Assembly: GCA_965140415.1 (NCBI GenBank)
Contig: OZ223209.1
Coordinates: 224,001 to 288,000 of the forward strand
Length of the DNA: 64,000 nucleotides
Reading direction: 5' to 3'
Origin: Myxococcota bacterium
GTDB taxonomy: Bacteria; Myxococcota_A; SURF-8
Positions 60,379 to 64,000 of the stretch are shown in pieces; position 1 is the first letter of the stretch, and each line of letters starts with the position of its first letter. The notes below the pieces were generated by a model that was not told the DNA's origin, did not search any database, and saw nothing but the letters and a program-made list of their open reading frames with translations. The position numbers and the translations under genes were made by a program.

Positions 60379-60430
60379 GTTACTATAGACCGCGCCACCC
60401 CGAAATCAGTTAGCTTTGTAAAAATCGAGC

Positions 60431-60844
60431 TTAGCTCAACCCTTGACCGGTAGTGGTGGGAATGAATTTGCCGTATTTCACGCCACGCACGCTCACCAAG
60501 GCTTCGCCGAGTTTCTGAATGTCGCGGGTTTTTCCCTTTAAAATCAGAATTTCCAGGCAGTTGTCGTGATCGACATGTACGTGTAAGGTGCTGACGATAT
60601 TGGCGAAATGATCGTGCTGGACATCGGCCAGGCGCTGGCTTAAATCCAAGGTGTGGTGATCGTAGACCATCATCACTACGCCCATGCTGCGACTGGCCGC
60701 CGATTGCCACTGTTTCTGCACCAGTTTTTCACGGATCAAATCGCGTACCGCTTCGGAACGGTTGGTGTAACCCCGTTCGGAGATCAATTCATCGAACTGC
60801 TCTAAAAGATCATCTTCCAAAGAAATTCCGATTCGTTGTAACAC
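60431..60844 (-). CDS. nikR: nickel-responsive regulator
   Basis: RIGISL, GYTNRSEAVRD, YDHH, HVHVDHDNCLE. Confidence 0.96.
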   Translation of the reverse strand: MLQRIGISLEDDLLEQFDELISERGYTNRSEAVRDLIREKLVQKQWQSAASRSMGVVMMVYDHHTLDLSQRLADVQHDHFANIVSTLHVHVDHDNCLEILILKGKTRDIQKLGEALVSVRGVKYGKFIPTTTGQGLS

Positions 60845-60866
60845 GTCGTTTCCTTTCTAGGGAAAG

Positions 60867-61967
60867 CTAAGTGGACGATCCGCCGTTAACGACTTTCTCA
60901 ACCTCTTCATCGAAACGCTGGATGACCTTGTCCACCGTGTAATTGTCGTAATAATCCAGCCGCTCGCGGTTGCGCAAGGTGTCCAGATTCAGCGAAGCCT
61001 GCCGCAGCATGTCCACCAGTTCGGTGTTATTGCGATACAGGTGTTGTTTGTGTTTGTCTTTCGGAATGAATTCCGGGTACACCAGCCGATCGGGCAGGAT
61101 CGGGAAACAACCTGCCAGCACCGCTTCGGCTACGGAAATCCCAAAGTATTCCTGCCGTGCACAACTTACGATGACATCGCAACTGCGCACCCAGGCATTA
61201 TATTCGGAGCGATCCTGGACGTAGCCGTAACGAGCGACCCGATCTCCCAGCTTCTCCCGCGAACGATCGAAGATCGGAGGGCGCGACCGGAAACCTTCTC
61301 CCAGTACGACCACTTCAAAATCCACATCGCTGGCTGCCAGCAATTCCAATGCCTCGAAAAACACTTCCGGGGCTTTGTCGTATTCCCAACGATGATTCCA
61401 GAGAATGCGCAGGGCATTCCCTTTGGGAACGACCGGCTCCGCTTCCGGCAGAGGGCGGATCGGTATCGGCATCACGCTGCTTTTTTCTTCGATTTCACCG
61501 GAAACGTGAGTCGGCACGAAATCCGGGAACTGGGAAAGAAACGGATCGATGGCATCCAGGAAAGTGCGTCGATGAAAATCGGAGTTGAACCAGACGGCGT
61601 CACTGACGGCGGCGCTGTTGATATTGATCATGCCGAAGTGCACGTCGGGCTGATCGTGCTCGGAAAGCGGATACACGATTTGGTTTTCGTGAAAATAGGT
61701 GACTTTAGGTAATTGCGCGGCGCGATGACCGGCTAGTGCAACAAACGCGGCGACGTCGATGGCGTTACTGAACAACAGCAGGTCCAGCTTTTCATTGTCT
61801 TTTTTAAACTTGTCGGCAAATAAAAACGGCGCACCGGAAAGCCGCCATTTCCAAAAACGGGGCGGCATCGTTTCGGCGAGAATTTCATGCCGGGAGTTTT
61901 TCTGTAGCGTTTTCACAAAGGATTTATGTGATCCGCCATAATAAGGTTCAAGTGCAAGTATCCGCAA
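60867..61967 (-). CDS. DUF3524 + GT4-type glycosyltransferase (GTDC1-like)
   Basis: EPYYGGSH, WKWR, YFHENQ, WNHRWEYDK, EYFGISVAEA. Confidence 0.88.
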   Translation of the reverse strand: MRILALEPYYGGSHKSFVKTLQKNSRHEILAETMPPRFWKWRLSGAPFLFADKFKKDNEKLDLLLFSNAIDVAAFVALAGHRAAQLPKVTYFHENQIVYPLSEHDQPDVHFGMININSAAVSDAVWFNSDFHRRTFLDAIDPFLSQFPDFVPTHVSGEIEEKSSVMPIPIRPLPEAEPVVPKGNALRILWNHRWEYDKAPEVFFEALELLAASDVDFEVVVLGEGFRSRPPIFDRSREKLGDRVARYGYVQDRSEYNAWVRSCDVIVSCARQEYFGISVAEAVLAGCFPILPDRLVYPEFIPKDKHKQHLYRNNTELVDMLRQASLNLDTLRNRERLDYYDNYTVDKVIQRFDEEVEKVVNGGSST

Positions 61968-62021
61968 TTCATTCCCCTTGCGCCAGTCGTGGTAGATGAC
62001 TCTCTGCCGCTATGTGCCCAA

Positions 62022-62228
62022 TCAACTCGCTTTGTCTTTGTGAACGAACAATCTCACCGCACCAGCCGCGACGGGAGCCAGTATCGCGACTGCCATGGAA
62101 CCCCAAACCAGTAACGTCATGCTGATACCCAGCGAACTGGAATTCGGGTTATATCCCAGGCGCAGCGCTCTTACCGCGCGTGGTTTTCTATTCGTGGTGC
62201 TGTTACGGTCCTTTAGAAGTCGCATCAT
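62022..62228 (-). CDS. small membrane protein with GYNPNSSS motif
   Basis: Basic N-terminus, LRLGYNPNSSSLG, one TM helix; co-directional with its neighbours. Confidence 0.5.
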   Translation of the reverse strand: MMRLLKDRNSTTNRKPRAVRALRLGYNPNSSSLGISMTLLVWGSMAVAILAPVAAGAVRLFVHKDKAS

Positions 62229-62319
62229 TGGTTGCTTTCCGTTCTCTTGTCGAATCAGTATCAATATATAGCCTAAGCCGAATGGCTTGTAAAGGGTCCG
62301 TTGGTTCAAGTTTTGTAAA

Positions 62320-62979
62320 TCATTGCGAATCGGGGGGTGATTTGCGAAGGGCAAGCCGCAATGCATACAGTAAAAACAGCAGTAAAACAAAGGCTGTTAC
62401 GCCATAGGCAATCATGACGTACTGTGTTGCCACCCGAAAAAGCAAAACTTCCGATTCGGGTAGCGACGGAATGGGAGAATCGTCGGAACCGGAGAAGGAA
62501 GGTTTTTGTTCTTGCTGATTCGGATCGCGAGGCCGACCGCAAGTCACCCAAGGGGACTGCTCCCAGTTTTTGTCGATCTCATGCAGCAGTTGCCACAAGG
62601 GCGCTGGAATTTCGCTGCTTAAAGTGGGAGGACTGGCGCTGTAGGCGAAGATTTGCCAGTCGTTTTTCTGGTTTCCGCTCGGGCGATGCGCACGCAAGAG
62701 CAATTGTCGTTCTCCGGAAAGAATGGTGAGCGATAAGCTATGGGCCTGCACGTTGAGGTCAAAGACTTTGAATTCGGTGGTTTTTGTTTGTTGAATTGTC
62801 TGGAATCGTTGCAGAAATTCTTTTTGCACATCGGGAGGAAGACAGTAGCTATTTTCTTCGATCGTTTCAGCCTGAAGCAAACCGGTCATCATTGCAAACC
62901 AACAGGTCACAAGCATCCCCACGCGCCAGGAAAACTGGCGGATACGTTGCGAGGTTTTCTTTGTATCGGCTCCCAACAT
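62320..62979 (-). CDS. hypothetical exported protein with C-terminal TM helix (start uncertain)
   Basis: Signal-like segment and C-terminal hydrophobic helix. Confidence 0.55.
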   Translation of the reverse strand: MLGADTKKTSQRIRQFSWRVGMLVTCWFAMMTGLLQAETIEENSYCLPPDVQKEFLQRFQTIQQTKTTEFKVFDLNVQAHSLSLTILSGERQLLLRAHRPSGNQKNDWQIFAYSASPPTLSSEIPAPLWQLLHEIDKNWEQSPWVTCGRPRDPNQQEQKPSFSGSDDSPIPSLPESEVLLFRVATQYVMIAYGVTAFVLLLFLLYALRLALRKSPPDSQ

Positions 62980-62990
62980 TCGCGTTCCTG

Positions 62991-64000
62991 CTACTTCAAT
63001 AACGTCGGCAGCGCTTCTTTATCCTGCCGCCAGCTAAGCAATTCTACCGGTCCCATACTCGATACATACTTGCTTTTTACGCGCAGCTCGACAATGCCTT
63101 CTTTTCCGTTCTGTCCGGCTTCGAGATACCAGCTACGTCCCGAATCGAAAGGTCCGCCTTGCAGACCTGATAAGCTTTGCAGTTGAATTTCGCGTTCTTT
63201 CCCAAACGGGCAGATGAATAGCTCATCGTCCGTCAAGATCTTTATCCGTAAGCGCAGACTCTGCCATTCCGTTTTTTCCGGTCTGCATGGACCACTCGTG
63301 TTTAACCTGGGATAGCCGTCCCGTTTTCCATTCCACTTTACCGATACATCCTGCCAACTCGTTTCATTGTCAAATTCACAGAACTGTTGCCTTCCGGTCA
63401 CAACAAAATCGGAAGTGGCGGGGGCTACGATCAAACGGTTCTCGTCGGATAAGCGTGTAACTTTCCAATCCGACGGGGTTTTCAACTTATCCCAATCTTG
63501 AGACGGCTTCATTTCCGTGAAAACGAGCAAAGGCTTTTTAACTTCTGCTGTAACGGATTCCGGTTTCGTTTTCGCAGGTAAAAACAGTTGCAAGCCGCCC
63601 AATAATCCGCGCCATTGCGGCGAACGGATTCGCTGGAACACTTCGGCATAGTCGTCAATTCCCATTTCCGTTAAATCTTCTGCGACTGTTTTGACTTGGG
63701 TAAAGGTGATCGGACGAGGAATGGCAGCCTGTTGATGCTGAAAATAAAGAAAAGCCAATGCAAAAACGGCTGCTAATGCATATTCAATCCAACCTCTGTA
63801 TTTGAAAGCAGGAATTTTCCTTTGCAGCAAATCGTATAGTGCAACCGGAAGCAGGGCAAGAATTGGAAAAACCGGTGACAGATAACGGGTTTCCGCAGGC
63901 TGGTGAAACAGCATGAATCCACCGAAAACACTCGCCAGATAACCGCCGCCAACAACTAATATTATCCACTGAACCTGCTTCCGCTGATTCTTGAAACGCC
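62991..64000 (-). CDS. 3' part of a polytopic membrane protein, possibly GT-C glycosyltransferase-like (partial)
   Basis: Frame is open to the window edge; RYLSPVFP after TM helices, then a soluble domain. Confidence 0.55.
   Translation of the reverse strand, partial: RFKNQRKQVQWIILVVGGGYLASVFGGFMLFHQPAETRYLSPVFPILALLPVALYDLLQRKIPAFKYRGWIEYALAAVFALAFLYFQHQQAAIPRPITFTQVKTVAEDLTEMGIDDYAEVFQRIRSPQWRGLLGGLQLFLPAKTKPESVTAEVKKPLLVFTEMKPSQDWDKLKTPSDWKVTRLSDENRLIVAPATSDFVVTGRQQFCEFDNETSWQDVSVKWNGKRDGYPRLNTSGPCRPEKTEWQSLRLRIKILTDDELFICPFGKEREIQLQSLSGLQGGPFDSGRSWYLEAGQNGKEGIVELRVKSKYVSSMGPVELLSWRQDKEALPTLLK

Overview
64 kb of bacterial chromosome with GC-rich coding regions and AT-rich spacers. The gene content suggests a Myxococcota/deltaproteobacterial-type diderm: a MYXO-CTERM-like sorting signal, GYF_2 membrane proteins, Cys-rich lipoproteins and sigma54 activators. 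Recognisable genes are dtd, purM, nikR, a Fur/PerR regulator, two RRM proteins, two radical SAM enzymes, two MMPL/RND transporters, a TetR-linked Lol-like ABC cluster and glycosyltransferases. Six exported proteins share acidic DGD linkers. Mobile DNA is dense: three different IS200 tnpA elements (one splits a lipoprotein gene), two near-identical 133-bp non-autonomous IS200 derivatives, GTAG REP/REPIN-like palindromes and an IS110 remnant. Best candidates for something undescribed: (1) a ~160-nt multi-hairpin repeat with GNRA/UUCG-type loops, present four times and always between convergent genes; (2) a sigma54 activator with an N-terminal XRE HTH and no C-terminal HTH, next to divergent sigma54 promoters, a duplicated 15-bp palindrome and two target genes; (3) a flippase / CDP-alcohol transferase / MMPL / radical SAM operon; (4) a DnaA-box cluster with no dnaA nearby; (5) a sigma54 enhancer-promoter with no target ORF. 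I saw no rRNA, tRNA or CRISPR array. All product calls come from motif recognition by eye; no database searches were run.
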